Source of the DNA: Candidatus Rokuibacteriota bacterium
Lineage (GTDB): Bacteria > Methylomirabilota > Methylomirabilia > Rokubacteriales > DASRDR01
Length of the DNA: 47,009 bases
Reading direction: 5' to 3'
Assembly (NCBI GenBank): GCA_044866005.1
Contig: JBIOTN010000078.1
Location: 1 to 47,009 of the forward strand
Part shown: piece by piece, positions 26,021-36,414 of the stretch
Layout: each line of letters opens with the position of its first letter
Numbering within the stretch: the stretch's first letter is position 1
Translations under genes and position numbers: made by a program
The notes under the pieces: generated by a model
Database searches by the model: none
What the model was told of the DNA's origin: nothing
The model's input: the letters and a program-made list of their open reading frames with translations, nothing else

Positions 26021-26926
26021 ATGCGTCCGCTGCCCGCGCCGCTCGTCGTCCTCGGCCTCGCCGGCCTCGTCCTCGCGCTCGTGGCCTCCACGGGCGCCCA
26101 GTCCCCGGCGCTCCACACGGAGGTGGTCCGGCTCCGGACACCGGACGGCCTCGACACCACCGGCCTCCTCTACGCGCCCGCGGGACGGGCGCCCCGCGCG
26201 GGCGTCGCCCTGGTCCACGGGTACGGCTCGAACTTCTACTCCGGCCCCACCGGCCATCTCTCGCGCGGGCTCGCCACGCGCGGCTTCCTGACGATCGCCG
26301 TGAACATGCGGGACCACGACGCGGGGCCGAAGACGACGCTCTTCGAGGAGAACCGCTGGGACGAGCAGGCCGCGGTGGACGAGCTGGCCCGGCGGGGCGT
26401 GGCGCCGCTCGCGCTCCTGGGCGCGAGCCTCGGCACGAACCGCGTGCTCTTCTACGTCGCGGAGACGCAGGACCCCCGCGTCCGCGCTGTGATCCTCCTC
26501 GCGGGGCCCGGGAACGCGTTCGAGTGGAACGTGTGGCAGCTCGGCCGCGAGCGCGCGACGAAGACCCTGGAGGAGGCCCAGCGCCTCCAGCGCGAGGGGC
26601 GCGGCCGCGAGCTCATGCTGATCGACCTCGGCGTGCTCGGGCGGGCGCTCTACTCGGCCGACCACCTGGTCAGCCTGCGCGGCCCGCAGACCCGCTCCGA
26701 CCCCTACCAGAACATCGCGCGGGTCACGGCGCCCGTCCTGCTCGTCTACGGCACGGCCGACCGGCTCGTCCAGCCCGAGGTCGCGCGGCAGCTGAAGGCC
26801 GCCGCGACGAAGGCGCCGCGGGTGGACCTCGTCGAGATCCCCGACGCCGACCACGGCTTCTCGCGCCACCAGGACGAGCTCGCCTCGGTCGTGGAGCGCT
26901 GGCTCGGCGAAGTCCTCCCCCGCTGA
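26021..26926 (+). CDS. Exported alpha/beta hydrolase
   Basis: Signal peptide, VHGYG, GASLG nucleophile elbow, GTAD, ADHGF. Confidence 0.88.
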   Translation: MRPLPAPLVVLGLAGLVLALVASTGAQSPALHTEVVRLRTPDGLDTTGLLYAPAGRAPRAGVALVHGYGSNFYSGPTGHLSRGLATRGFLTIAVNMRDHDAGPKTTLFEENRWDEQAAVDELARRGVAPLALLGASLGTNRVLFYVAETQDPRVRAVILLAGPGNAFEWNVWQLGRERATKTLEEAQRLQREGRGRELMLIDLGVLGRALYSADHLVSLRGPQTRSDPYQNIARVTAPVLLVYGTADRLVQPEVARQLKAAATKAPRVDLVEIPDADHGFSRHQDELASVVERWLGEVLPR

Positions 26927-26931
26927 TTGAA

Positions 26932-26961
26932 TTCGGAGGGGGCCTCGACGGCCTCCTCCGA
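26932..26961 (+). repeat. REP-like palindrome
   Basis: TTCGGAGGGGGCC-TCGAC-GGCCTCCTCCGA, immediately after a stop codon. Confidence 0.7.
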
Positions 26962-26989
26962 TGCCGGAGAGTGCCGAGGCCGAGAACCC

Positions 26990-27511
26990 CTACCTCACGT
27001 GGCGGTCGCGGGCCAGCGGCGGGCGCACCTCGCTGCCGGAGAAGAGCACCGTCAGGATCACCTCCACCGAGCTGTCGAGGGCGAGTCCCTGGCAGCCGAT
27101 GGCCGCGCGCGTCGGCTTCCCGCGCTCGCCGTAGAGCTCGACCAGCAGGTCCGCGGCGCCGTTCACCACCCGGGGCTGATCGGCGAAGCCGGGCGCCGAG
27201 TTGACGAAGCCGACCATCTGGACCACCTGCTGGACCCGGTCGAGGTCGCCCAGCGCGTACTTGATGGCGGCGAGGCTCGTCAGCACGGCATAGCGCGCGG
27301 CCTCGTAGCCCTGCTCCACGGTGAGGTCCCTGCCGAGCACGCCGGGCCGGAAGGGCCGACCGTCCCTGAGCGGCACCGTCCCCGACAGGTAGAGCAGGTT
27401 CCCGACCGCGAAGTGCGAGACGAAGTGCGCGCCGGCCGGATTCTGACGATACTCCTGCTCGAGATCCGGCACGGCAAACCCGAGGGCCCGGAGCCGGTCC
27501 TCGACGCCCAT
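26990..27511 (-). CDS. RidA/YjgF-family protein
   Basis: GNLLYLSG, GFVNSAPGFADQPRVVNGAADL, TRAAIG...SVEV. Confidence 0.9.
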   Translation of the reverse strand: MGVEDRLRALGFAVPDLEQEYRQNPAGAHFVSHFAVGNLLYLSGTVPLRDGRPFRPGVLGRDLTVEQGYEAARYAVLTSLAAIKYALGDLDRVQQVVQMVGFVNSAPGFADQPRVVNGAADLLVELYGERGKPTRAAIGCQGLALDSSVEVILTVLFSGSEVRPPLARDRHVR

Positions 27512-27516
27512 GAGCC

Positions 27517-28218
27517 CTAGGGCAGGACGATGCGCCCGCCGCCCATGGCGCGGAGGAAGTCGCCGAGCCCGAAGCGCATGAACGGGTTCTGGCGCTTCTC
27601 GTCGCCGATCGTGGAGGCGGGGCCACCGTAGTTGTGCCCGGGGAAGAGCACCGTCTCGTCGGGAAGCGCCGCCAGCCGCTGGGTCAGGCTCCGGTGCATT
27701 TCCTCGGGATCGCCGCCGGGCAGGTCGGTCCGGCCGCACGCGCCGATGAAGAGCGTGTCGCCCGAGATCAGCCGGCCGTCCACGTAGAAGCACTGCGAGC
27801 CCGGGGTGTGGCCCGGCGTGTGGATGAACGTGATGGTGAGCCCGCCGACCGGCAGCTCGGTGCCCGCCTCGACCTTGGAGAGGTCCGAGCCGAACCCGCG
27901 GAGGAACTCGCGTTCGGCCTGGTGGACGTAGACCTTGCCCCGCACGCGCTCGAGCAGATCCTCGACGCCCGGGATGTCCAGGCCGAAGAGGTGGCCGCCG
28001 ACGTGGTCCGGATGCGTGTGGGTCACCAGGGCGCCCCGGATCGTCATCCCGTCGGCCTCGGCCGTCCGGACGATCGTGTCGATCTCCCACGCCGGGTCGA
28101 CGACCACGCACTCGCCTGCCTCGCGGTCGCCCACCAGGTACACGAAGTTCTGCATCGGCCCGAGCTCCAGCTGCTTGAGATACAGCCGCGGGGCGATTCG
28201 TCCTCCAGCCGACTGCAA
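27517..28218 (-). CDS. MBL-fold metallo-hydrolase (glyoxalase II-like)
   Basis: THTHPDH, HTPGHTPGS, SGDTLF, PGHNY. TTG start after GGAGG is assumed. Confidence 0.88.
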   Translation of the reverse strand: MQSAGGRIAPRLYLKQLELGPMQNFVYLVGDREAGECVVVDPAWEIDTIVRTAEADGMTIRGALVTHTHPDHVGGHLFGLDIPGVEDLLERVRGKVYVHQAEREFLRGFGSDLSKVEAGTELPVGGLTITFIHTPGHTPGSQCFYVDGRLISGDTLFIGACGRTDLPGGDPEEMHRSLTQRLAALPDETVLFPGHNYGGPASTIGDEKRQNPFMRFGLGDFLRAMGGGRIVLP

Positions 28219-28246
28219 TGCTGAACCTCCTCTCGAACGCCTCCCG

Positions 28247-28337
28247 CGGGGGAGGCAGGCCCGAACCGGTCGCTCCCGAGCGAACGGCGCGGCTTCGCCG
28301 GGAGGGCCACTCGGAGGGGGCACCGCCCCCTCCGAGA
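28247..28337 (-). repeat. ~90-bp palindromic repeat element (copy at ~37594-37686)
   Basis: Shared blocks GGGGGAGGCAGGCCCGA, CGAACGSCGCGGCTTYGCCGSGAGGGCC and TCGGAGGGGG..CCCTCCGA. Confidence 0.72.
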
Positions 28338-28339
28338 AT

Positions 28340-29125
28340 TCAGTGGCCGGTGAAGCGGGGCTCGCGCCGCTCGCGCGCCGCGGCCAGCCCCTCCCGGAGG
28401 TCGGCCGTCGTGTAGCTGACCGCCTGACAGAACGCCTCGTACTCGAGCGCGGTGGCGAGCGACCCCTCGAGCGCCTGGTAGACCGCGCGCTTCAGCGCCC
28501 GCACGACGAGCGGGGCGTTCCGGGCGATCGCGCCCGCCACCCCGAGGACGGTCGGCATGAGCTCGGCCTGCGGGACCGCGCGGTTCACGAGCCCCATCGC
28601 CTCGGCCTCGCGGCCGGTCACGAGGCGGCCGGTATAGAAGAGCTCGAGCGCCCGCGCGAGCCCGACGGCTCGCGGCAGCGTCAGGGTCGAGGCCATCCCG
28701 GGGTGGATCCCGAGCCGGGCGAAGTTGACGCCCATCCGCGCGTCCTCGGCGGCGTACCGGAGATCGCAGGCCAGGGCCAGCGCGAGCCCGCCGCCGATCG
28801 CATAGCCGTGGATCGCCGCGACGGTCGGGATCGGCAGGCGCATGAGGGCGAGGTACCGGTCGTAGTAGTCGAGCATCACCTGGCGGCTGTCCGGGACCGA
28901 TCGCGCCGTGTTCGCCTCGATCAGCGCCAGGTCGCCGCCCGCGCAGAAGGCCTCGCCGGCGCCGGCGATCACGAGGACCCGCGCCGCCTCGCCCGTCTCC
29001 AGCTCCTCGAGCGCGTCCGCGATCTCCTCCCCCATGCGGACGCTCATGGGGTTCCGCTTCTCCGGCTGGTCGAGGGTCAGCGTGGCGATCCCATCGGCGA
29101 CCTGGAGCGTGATCGTCTGGGACAT
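28340..29125 (-). CDS. Enoyl-CoA hydratase/isomerase family protein
   Basis: AFCAGGDL, PTVAAIHGYAIGGG, ACDLR, LGIHPGM, REPRFTG. Confidence 0.92.
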   Translation of the reverse strand: MSQTITLQVADGIATLTLDQPEKRNPMSVRMGEEIADALEELETGEAARVLVIAGAGEAFCAGGDLALIEANTARSVPDSRQVMLDYYDRYLALMRLPIPTVAAIHGYAIGGGLALALACDLRYAAEDARMGVNFARLGIHPGMASTLTLPRAVGLARALELFYTGRLVTGREAEAMGLVNRAVPQAELMPTVLGVAGAIARNAPLVVRALKRAVYQALEGSLATALEYEAFCQAVSYTTADLREGLAAARERREPRFTGH

Positions 29126-29159
29126 CGGTGGTGCGCCCTCCGCCGGAGAGGAGGAGGAA

Positions 29160-30932
29160 CTAGAGCAGGAGGTCTTCCGGCGCCGCCGGCAGGTCGCCGA
29201 GACTCTTCGACTCGATCGCGTAGAGGGCCGGCTGTCCCGGCACGCGGACGTAGGCGTCGCCCTTCTCCCGCGTCCCGATCGCCAGCGCCGCCACCGTCTT
29301 CCCGTCCTTGTCGGCGAGCGTCACCGTCGTGGTCGGCGAGTCGAGGCCGTAGCGGCCGGGCTCCCATCCCTGCTCGGCGACGAGGTCGCGCCACTTGAGG
29401 CTGCGCAGCGTCCAGATCAGGTCGCTCACCCGGCTCCCCCGGGCCTTCCCCTGCCGCGGCGCCACCAGCTGCCAGTCCTCCTCGCCCCGCCGCTCGAGCA
29501 CGAGCGTCTGGTCGCGCCGCTGGATCTGGACACGCGCGACGTCGCGGGTATCGAAGGTCCCGAAGAGCGAGTGGTCGCGGAGCTCCTGCGGCGAGCGGCT
29601 GAGGTCCTGGAGCGCGGCGGCGTCGACCAGCAAGACCGGCCCGGGGCCCGTCCCCGTGGCCGCGGCGTACGCGGCGTCCTTCTCCCTGGCCGGCGCGAGG
29701 AGGAGACTCTTCGGCTCCTTCGCGTCCTTCTCCCAGACGCTGAGCCGGAGCTGCGGCCGGTCGAGGCCGAACCGGGCGAGCTGCCGCGCGTCCTCGTCGA
29801 CGAAGTCCCTGGCGCGGAGATCGCGCACCTTCCACAGGAGCTCGTTGACCGCGGTCTCGTCCGCCCGGAAAGCCGCCGGCGCCGTGATCCGCCAGGTCCC
29901 GGCTTCCATCGCCAGGCTCACGGTCCCCTTGGGGCTCTGGAGCTCGATCCGCTCGAGCTTCCCGCGATCGTAGGCGAAGACCGTCTTGTCCCGGAGCGCC
30001 GTGACCGAGGTCGGGATCGCCTTCGCGAGCTCGTCCTCCACGGTGAACACGGTCGGGTCGCCCTCGCGCTGGGCGTACACGGCCTTCTTGTCGGGGACCG
30101 CCCGGCCGAGGCGCAGGGTCTTGGCGACGCGGTCCTTCTCCTCGCCGAGCCAGAGCGTCAGCCGGACCGGGCGCTCGAGCCCGTAGGGGTCGGGGCCCTT
30201 CGGCGGCGCCGAGGCGAACTCCTTGATCTTCGCCGCCTTGAGCCGGTCGAGCAGGCCCGAGAGCTGCTCGCGGTCGGCGGGCACGGCGACCGGGGCCGTC
30301 ACCTGCCACTCCTCGGTGCCCTTGAGCTTCACCGCGAGCGCCGGCCCGCCCCGGGGCTGGATCTGGAGCTCCTTCACGTCCTTCCGCTCGAAGGCGAGCA
30401 CCGTGCGGTCGCGGAAGTCGGCGACGGGCTTCTGCGCGTCCCGCAGGAGCGAGTCCGAGATGAGCAGGACCGCGGGCTTGTCCTCGGCCTGCGCGTAGAC
30501 CCAGATCCCGGTCGGGTTCTTGCCCCCCAGGCGCACGCGGTGGGTCTGGCCCTTCGCCGTGAAGCTGATCTCCGCGGCCGGGGGCGCGAGCCCGAAGTCG
30601 GCGGGCTTCGCCGGGTTCGCGTCGATCTCGCGCTCGACGCGGAGGGAGGCGAGCGAGGAGGCGAGATCCTGGACCGGCTGGGGCTCCGCGCGCCCCTGGA
30701 CCGGCGTGACCAGCGTCCACGTGTCGCCGGACTTCCGGAGCTCGATCGTCTCGGCGCCGCGCGTCAGCACCACCGCCTCGACGTCCTTGGCCTCGAGGTC
30801 CTTCCACAGGCGGTCCTTGTCCGTCGCGGCCTTCTCGCGCGCCGGCCCCTGCCGGACCTCGTAGACGTAGAAAAAGATGCCCAGGGCCACCAACGCCAGG
30901 GCGAGCACGGCCGTCGTCTTCCACCGCATCAT
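29160..30932 (-). CDS. DUF4340 repeat-domain membrane-anchored protein
   Basis: N-terminal TM followed by four repeats with (F/Y)GLxxP and LRD motifs; lies downstream of the Gld-like ABC genes. Confidence 0.85.
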   Translation of the reverse strand: MMRWKTTAVLALALVALGIFFYVYEVRQGPAREKAATDKDRLWKDLEAKDVEAVVLTRGAETIELRKSGDTWTLVTPVQGRAEPQPVQDLASSLASLRVEREIDANPAKPADFGLAPPAAEISFTAKGQTHRVRLGGKNPTGIWVYAQAEDKPAVLLISDSLLRDAQKPVADFRDRTVLAFERKDVKELQIQPRGGPALAVKLKGTEEWQVTAPVAVPADREQLSGLLDRLKAAKIKEFASAPPKGPDPYGLERPVRLTLWLGEEKDRVAKTLRLGRAVPDKKAVYAQREGDPTVFTVEDELAKAIPTSVTALRDKTVFAYDRGKLERIELQSPKGTVSLAMEAGTWRITAPAAFRADETAVNELLWKVRDLRARDFVDEDARQLARFGLDRPQLRLSVWEKDAKEPKSLLLAPAREKDAAYAAATGTGPGPVLLVDAAALQDLSRSPQELRDHSLFGTFDTRDVARVQIQRRDQTLVLERRGEEDWQLVAPRQGKARGSRVSDLIWTLRSLKWRDLVAEQGWEPGRYGLDSPTTTVTLADKDGKTVAALAIGTREKGDAYVRVPGQPALYAIESKSLGDLPAAPEDLLL

Positions 30933-31134
30933 CGGGCCTGCCCTTTGCCGGGCCGAGACGCGAGCAGCCCCAGGGCGCAGGGAGGAGGCGGGCCGAGGGC
31001 CTGCCGCCCCCCAGGGCAAGATTCGCTTCGGAGGCCCGCCGACGACCCCAGAGGCCGGGGCGGCCGCAAGGCCGGCGGCCGAGCGCGGCCCGGCCGTGAT
31101 GCCAGAGGCCGGGATGCGATGCTTATCGGCACGG

Positions 31135-32697
31135 TCACCGGCCACGCTTGCGGACGACGACCACCACGCCGGCCACGATCATCGCGAGCGGCAGGAGCAC
31201 CACCGGCACGTAGAAGAGGACCTGGCCCTGCGCCGCCGTCAGGAAGATCGGCGTGCTGCGCGACTCCTTGGGCCGGATGGCGATCAGGTTCTCCTCCTCT
31301 GCGAGCCAGGACAGCGTGTTGAGGAACAGGTCCTTGTTCCCCGACAGGTTCACGAACGCGTTGGTGGCGAAGTCGGAGTCTCCCACGACGACGATCCGCG
31401 CCTTGGCCCCCTTGCGCTCCTCGGAGACGCCCTGGGCGTCCACGGTGGCCACCGCGGCGACGGTGAGCGGTCCCTGCGCCTCGTCCGCGTCGCGCTTGAC
31501 CTGGCCCGTCCGGATCTCCTCCTGGTTCGTCTCCGCCCAGCTCTCGGGGCTGGTCCGGGCGAGCGGCTGCGCGGTCACGCCCTCCGGGGGCTTGTCCTTG
31601 ACGGAGACCGTCCGGGCGACGGGGAAGAAGGTCGCGTACCGGAAGCCCTGCGTGATCGGGTGGTTCTGGTAGTCGCCGACGACCGGGATCTCGGGCCCGG
31701 CGCCGAGCAGCCGGCCCTGCGGGTTGACGTCGATGATGACGTCCTTGCCCAGGCCGAGCCCGTAGCGCTCGAGGAGCGAGCCGAGCCCCGGCGCCTGGAA
31801 GGGATCCGCCATGAGGAAGACCTTCCCCGCGCGGGCGACGTAGCCGGCGAGCGCGTCCACCTCGTTCGGCAGGAGGTCCTTCTGGGGTCCCGCCACGATG
31901 ACGATCGCCGCATCGTCCGGGATCTGGGTCTCGCGCGCCAGCAGGAGATCCTTGACCTCGTAGTTGAGCTTCTCCACCGAGCCCTTGATCTCGCTGAGCC
32001 CCGTCTTCTCGCTGTTCGCCGGGTCCTTCTCGCCGTGCCCCTTGAGGAAGTAGACGATCCGCTTCCCCTCGCGCGTGACGCGGATCAGCCCGTTGGTGAG
32101 CTTCTCCTCCTCCGCGTCGAGGATCTTCTCCTCCTTGACCTGGCCCGCCTTGACCGCCGCCTCCAGGACGACCGTCCCGTAGGTCTCGATCCCGTAGCGC
32201 TTGGCCAGGAGCGGGTTCCGGTCGGCGTCCACGGTCTCCCAGGTGAACTTCCCGTCCGACCGGGCGGCGTACTGCTTGAGGAGGTCCTCCGCCGTCCGCT
32301 TGCCCGGCTGGTCCGGGCGGAAGAAGGCGGTGGCCTTCACCGGCCCCGTGAGCCCCTGCAGCACCTTGACGGTCTGGGGCGAGAGGCTGTGGCGCTTGTT
32401 CTCGGTGAGATCGACGCGCCAGTTGTGGCGGTACGACACCGCCTCGACCAGCGCGATGACGCCCAGGATCAGGACGACCATCACGAGCGCGTTCAGGCCG
32501 TACTTCGTCGTGCGCCGCCGCCAGAGCTCGCGCGGGTCGGAGAAGCTCGCGGCGAGGCCCACGAGCACCAGGAGGCCCCCGACGATGAGCGCGGCGGGCC
32601 AGGCGGCGGTCCAGGACGGGCGGTACGTGCGGAGCACCCCGCCGCCGACGAGCGCGACGAGGCCGATGACGACCGCAGGGGTCGCGAAGCGTCGCAT
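31135..32697 (-). CDS. GldG-like ABC transporter auxiliary component
   Basis: DLTENKRHSLSPQT, YFLKGHGE, IVAGPQKD, VVVGDSDF, GNKDLFLNTLSWL; C-terminal TM. Confidence 0.88.
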   Translation of the reverse strand: MRRFATPAVVIGLVALVGGGVLRTYRPSWTAAWPAALIVGGLLVLVGLAASFSDPRELWRRRTTKYGLNALVMVVLILGVIALVEAVSYRHNWRVDLTENKRHSLSPQTVKVLQGLTGPVKATAFFRPDQPGKRTAEDLLKQYAARSDGKFTWETVDADRNPLLAKRYGIETYGTVVLEAAVKAGQVKEEKILDAEEEKLTNGLIRVTREGKRIVYFLKGHGEKDPANSEKTGLSEIKGSVEKLNYEVKDLLLARETQIPDDAAIVIVAGPQKDLLPNEVDALAGYVARAGKVFLMADPFQAPGLGSLLERYGLGLGKDVIIDVNPQGRLLGAGPEIPVVGDYQNHPITQGFRYATFFPVARTVSVKDKPPEGVTAQPLARTSPESWAETNQEEIRTGQVKRDADEAQGPLTVAAVATVDAQGVSEERKGAKARIVVVGDSDFATNAFVNLSGNKDLFLNTLSWLAEEENLIAIRPKESRSTPIFLTAAQGQVLFYVPVVLLPLAMIVAGVVVVVRKRGR

Positions 32698-32700
32698 GGC

Positions 32701-33468
32701 TCAGCCCCTCCAGCGCTTGGCGTCGAGCGAGCGGAGCGTCAGGAACAGGCTCAGGATCGTGAAGTTCAGATAGTAGATCACGTCCTTCGTGTCGATGACC
32801 CCCTTGGCGAAGGAGTCGAAGTGCTCGGTGAGCGAGAGGTGCGAGAGGACGCGGCCCCAGATCGGCCCGGACGAATCCGCCGCCCAGGAGATCACCCAGA
32901 AGATGAGGAGCGTGCCGAAGGTGGACACCGCCGCCACGATCTGGTTCTCCGTGAGCGAGGAGATCAGGATGCCGACAGCGATGAAGGCCGCGCCCTGGAG
33001 GAGGAGCCCGAGGTAGCCCGTCAGGAGCGGCCCCCACTCGAGCTGGGCCGTCCAGGCGACGAGCACGGGGTAGATCAGCGTCAGGGCGAGCATGCCGAGG
33101 AAGACGACCACCGCCGCCAGGTACTTGCCGAAGAGCACCTCGCCGTCGCGCACCGGGTAGGTGAGGAGCAGCTCGATCGTCCCGCTCTTCTTCTCCTCGG
33201 CGAAGAGCCGCATCGTCAGGATGGGCATCATGAGGAGCATGATGACGCTGATGTTCTGGAAGAGCGGGCGGAGGACCCCTTCCGTGACCGAGAGATCGCG
33301 GGCCATCGTCGGGTTCATCGCCGCCTGCATGCTGACGAGGGTGAAGAAGGCGAAGACGTTGTAGAAGAACCAGCCGGCGACGAGGGCGAAGATGAACAAG
33401 ACCACGTACGCGATCGGGGAGACGAAGTAGAGCTGCATCTCCTTCTTGAAGACCGCCCAGACCCTCAT
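32701..33468 (-). CDS. ABC-2 type permease (GldF-like)
   Basis: KKEMQLYFVSPIAY, TMRLFAEEKKSGTIELLLT, SSLTENQIVAA. Confidence 0.9.
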   Translation of the reverse strand: MRVWAVFKKEMQLYFVSPIAYVVLFIFALVAGWFFYNVFAFFTLVSMQAAMNPTMARDLSVTEGVLRPLFQNISVIMLLMMPILTMRLFAEEKKSGTIELLLTYPVRDGEVLFGKYLAAVVVFLGMLALTLIYPVLVAWTAQLEWGPLLTGYLGLLLQGAAFIAVGILISSLTENQIVAAVSTFGTLLIFWVISWAADSSGPIWGRVLSHLSLTEHFDSFAKGVIDTKDVIYYLNFTILSLFLTLRSLDAKRWRG

Positions 33469-34478
33469 TCCGCCGACACCTCCTCCCGATCCGCTTCCCG
33501 CGGGCCGCCCCCGTCGGACCCCCGCGCGTCGGGGGTCGCCTCGTGCTCCTCCCCCGCGACGACGCGGATGAACAGGTCCTCCAGCGAGAGCCCGAGCGCG
33601 CGCAGCTCGAGCAGCCCCCACCGCTGCTGGGTCACGAGCTGGACCACGTCGCGCCGGACGTCGTGGTCGCGCTGGGCCTCCAGGACGAAGGTGGCGATGC
33701 CGTCCGCGACGCCGCGCGGCTCGACCCGCGTCACGCCGCGGAGCGCCCGGAGCGAGGCGCCCACCAGCTCCGCCGGCCCCTCGACCTGGACCTGCACCCG
33801 CGCCACCGGGGAGAGCTCGTCCATGAGCCGGTCGAGCGGACCGGAGGCGACGATGCGCCCCCGGTTGATGATGACCACGCCCTCGCAGACCATGGAGACC
33901 TCGGGCAGGATGTGGGTCGACAGGATGACGGTGTGCTCGCCCGCCAGCGACTTGATGAGCGATCGGATCTCGATGATCTGCTTGGGGTCCAGGCCGATGG
34001 TGGGCTCGTCCAGGATCAACACGTCCGGGTCCGCGACCAGCGCCTGGGCGAGCCCGACCCGCTGCCGGTATCCCTTGGAGAGGCGCCCGATCAGCCGGCC
34101 CTGCACGTCCTCGATCAGGCAGCGGCCCATGACCTCGCCCACCCGCCGGCGCCGCTCGGCGCGGCCGAGGCCCTTCACGTCGGCGACGAAGTCGAGGTAC
34201 GCCGCCACGGTCAGGTCGCCGTAGAGCGGGACGTTCTCGGGCAGGTAGCCGATCCGGCGCCGCACGTCCAGCGACTGCTCGAACACGTCGTAGCCGGCGA
34301 CGCGGGCCGTCCCGCTCGAGGCGGGCATGAAGCAGGCCAGGATGCGCATCGTCGTGGTCTTCCCCGCGCCGTTGGGGCCGAGGAAGCCGACGATGGCGCC
34401 CTTCTCGACCGAGAAGGAGACGTCCTGGATGGCGGCGATGGGGCCGTAGTACTTCGTGAGGCGGTCCACCTCGATCAT
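33465..34478 (-). CDS. ABC transporter ATP-binding protein (GldA-like)
   Basis: GPNGAGKTT, LSKGYRQR, ILDEPT, STH. Confidence 0.93.
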   Translation of the reverse strand: MIEVDRLTKYYGPIAAIQDVSFSVEKGAIVGFLGPNGAGKTTTMRILACFMPASSGTARVAGYDVFEQSLDVRRRIGYLPENVPLYGDLTVAAYLDFVADVKGLGRAERRRRVGEVMGRCLIEDVQGRLIGRLSKGYRQRVGLAQALVADPDVLILDEPTIGLDPKQIIEIRSLIKSLAGEHTVILSTHILPEVSMVCEGVVIINRGRIVASGPLDRLMDELSPVARVQVQVEGPAELVGASLRALRGVTRVEPRGVADGIATFVLEAQRDHDVRRDVVQLVTQQRWGLLELRALGLSLEDLFIRVVAGEEHEATPDARGSDGGGPREADREEVSAE

Positions 34479-34586
34479 GACCTTCCGGCTCCTGTCAGGC
34501 TCGGGATCGCGCTCGATTCACCGACGTGGCGTAGTGCGAGGCTCTGCGTGGCTCCCTGGAGAGACGACGACGTCCTTCGGCCCGAG

Positions 34587-34595
34587 ATTATAGCA
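34587..34595 (-). promoter_or_regulatory. Extended -10 promoter TGnTATAAT
   Basis: TGCTATAAT on the minus strand, about 110 nt upstream of the ABC ATPase start. Confidence 0.6.
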
Positions 34596-34775
34596 GATTC
34601 CGGACGCGGCCCGCGCCCCGGCGGCCAGGGCGGGGACTGGGCCCCCCGGCAGAGCGGAAGAGGCGCCCGCCGACCGCTGGACCCGCCGGGGGCGACATCC
34701 GACGCGCTTCGAGCGCCGGCTTGGCCGGCGCAGCGCCCGGGGGCGGCCCGCAGGGGGCCGGAGCCCCCTTCGAAG

Positions 34776-36410
34776 TCAGTCGAGGCCGGTGATCCGCCCC
34801 TCGGCGTCGACGTCGATCCGCTCGGCGTTCGGCGAGCGCGGCAACCCCGGCATCGTCATGATGTCGCCGGTGAGCGGCACGAGGAACCCCGCGCCCGCCG
34901 AGATGCGGAGCTCGCTGACCGTAACGGTGAAATCCCGCGGGCGACCGAGGAGGGCCGGGTCGTCGGACAGCGAGCGCTGGGTCTTGGCCATGCAGATCGG
35001 CAGGGCGGCGTACCCCAGCGCCTCGGCCTGCGCGATCTGGGCGTCCGCGCGCTTGGCGTAGACCACCCGATCGGCCCCGTACATGCGCGTGACGATCGTC
35101 TCGATCTTCGCCTTGACCGGGGCCGACCAGTCGTAGAGCGGGCGGAAGCGCGTCGGCTCGCGCGCCAGCAGCTCGTCGAGCGCCCGGCCGAGGTCCTCGC
35201 CGCCGGCGCCGCCGCGCTGGAAGACGTCGGCGACGACGGCCCGCACGTCGAGCGCCGCGCAGTGGCCGACGATCGCGGCGAGCTCCCGGTCGGTGTCCGA
35301 GGGGAAGCGGTTCAGGGCCACCACGAGCGGAACACCGAAGAGCCGGATGTCCTCCACGTGCTTTTCCAGGTTGGCCATCCCCGCCTTGATCGCCAGGAGG
35401 TCCTCGCGGTCCACGTCCGCCATGGGCACGCCGCCGTGATACTTCAGCGCCCGCGCCGTCGCCACCAGCACGACCGCGTCCGGGACCAGCCCCGCGTACC
35501 CGCACTTGATGTCGAAGAACTTCTCCGCGCCCAGGTCGAAGCCGAAGCCGGCCTCGGTGACGCAGACCTCGCCGAGCTTCAGCGCGAGCTTGGTCGCCAG
35601 GACGGAGTTGCAGCCGTGGGCGATGTTGGCGAAGGGGCCGCCGTGGACGAGGGCCGGGGAGCCCTCCAGCGTCTGCACGAGGTTCGGGTGGATCGCGTCG
35701 CGCAGGAGGGCGGCCATCGCGCCCGTCACGCGGAGGTCCTGGGCGAAGACGGGGCGCCCGTCGAAGGTGAAGGCGATGAGGATGCGCCCCAGGCGCGTCT
35801 TCAGGTCCATCAGGTCCTCCGCGAGGCAGAGGAGCGCCATGACCTCCGAGGCCGCGGTGATGAGGAAGCCCTCCTCCCGCGGGTAGCCCTGGAAGCGCCC
35901 GCCGAGCCCGAGGACGAGCTCGCGCAAGGCGCGGTCGTTCATGTCCACCGTGCGGCAGATGAGGATCTGCCGCGGATCGATGCGCAAGGCGTTGTCGTGG
36001 TAGAGGTGGTTGTCGAGGCACGCCGCGAGGAGGTTGTGGGCGCTCGCCACCGCGTGGAGGTCGCCGGTGAAGTGCAGGTTGATCTCGTCTGCCGGCACGA
36101 TCTGGGCACGCCCCCCGCCCGTCCCGCCGCCCTTCACGCCGAGGCACGGGCCGATCGACGGCTCCCGGAGCGCGACGACCGCGCGGCGGCCGAGGCGCGA
36201 GAGCGCCTGCCCGAGCCCGATCGTGACCGTGGTCTTGCCGTCGCCGGGCGGCGTGGGCGTGATGGAGGAGACGACCACCAGCTTGCCGTTCGGCATCCCG
36301 CGGCGCGTTTCCAGCGCGCGGACATGGACCTTCGCCTTGTGGCGGCCGAAGGGGATGAGCTCGGCCTCGTCGAGCCCCAGCGCGGCGGCGACCTCGGTGA
36401 TCGGCTTCAC
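34776..36410 (-). CDS. fhs: Formate--tetrahydrofolate ligase
   Basis: GDGKTT, LREPSIGP, GVKGGGTGGG, INLHFTGD, HGGPFANIAHGCNS, TEAGFG, EKFFDIKC, CMAKTQ, MTMPGL. Confidence 0.96.
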   Translation of the reverse strand: MKPITEVAAALGLDEAELIPFGRHKAKVHVRALETRRGMPNGKLVVVSSITPTPPGDGKTTVTIGLGQALSRLGRRAVVALREPSIGPCLGVKGGGTGGGRAQIVPADEINLHFTGDLHAVASAHNLLAACLDNHLYHDNALRIDPRQILICRTVDMNDRALRELVLGLGGRFQGYPREEGFLITAASEVMALLCLAEDLMDLKTRLGRILIAFTFDGRPVFAQDLRVTGAMAALLRDAIHPNLVQTLEGSPALVHGGPFANIAHGCNSVLATKLALKLGEVCVTEAGFGFDLGAEKFFDIKCGYAGLVPDAVVLVATARALKYHGGVPMADVDREDLLAIKAGMANLEKHVEDIRLFGVPLVVALNRFPSDTDRELAAIVGHCAALDVRAVVADVFQRGGAGGEDLGRALDELLAREPTRFRPLYDWSAPVKAKIETIVTRMYGADRVVYAKRADAQIAQAEALGYAALPICMAKTQRSLSDDPALLGRPRDFTVTVSELRISAGAGFLVPLTGDIMTMPGLPRSPNAERIDVDAEGRITGLD

Positions 36411-36414
36411 GGCG

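Noticed and set aside
31135..34478. Gliding motility system
   Set aside because: GldA/F/G-like ABC modules with DUF4340 are widespread outside gliding bacteria, and no other gliding or T9SS genes are present here.
34479..34586. Possible riboswitch in the ABC ATPase leader, downstream of fhs
   Set aside because: I could not recognise ZMP/ZTP, THF or other Rfam consensus elements. An Infernal scan would be needed.
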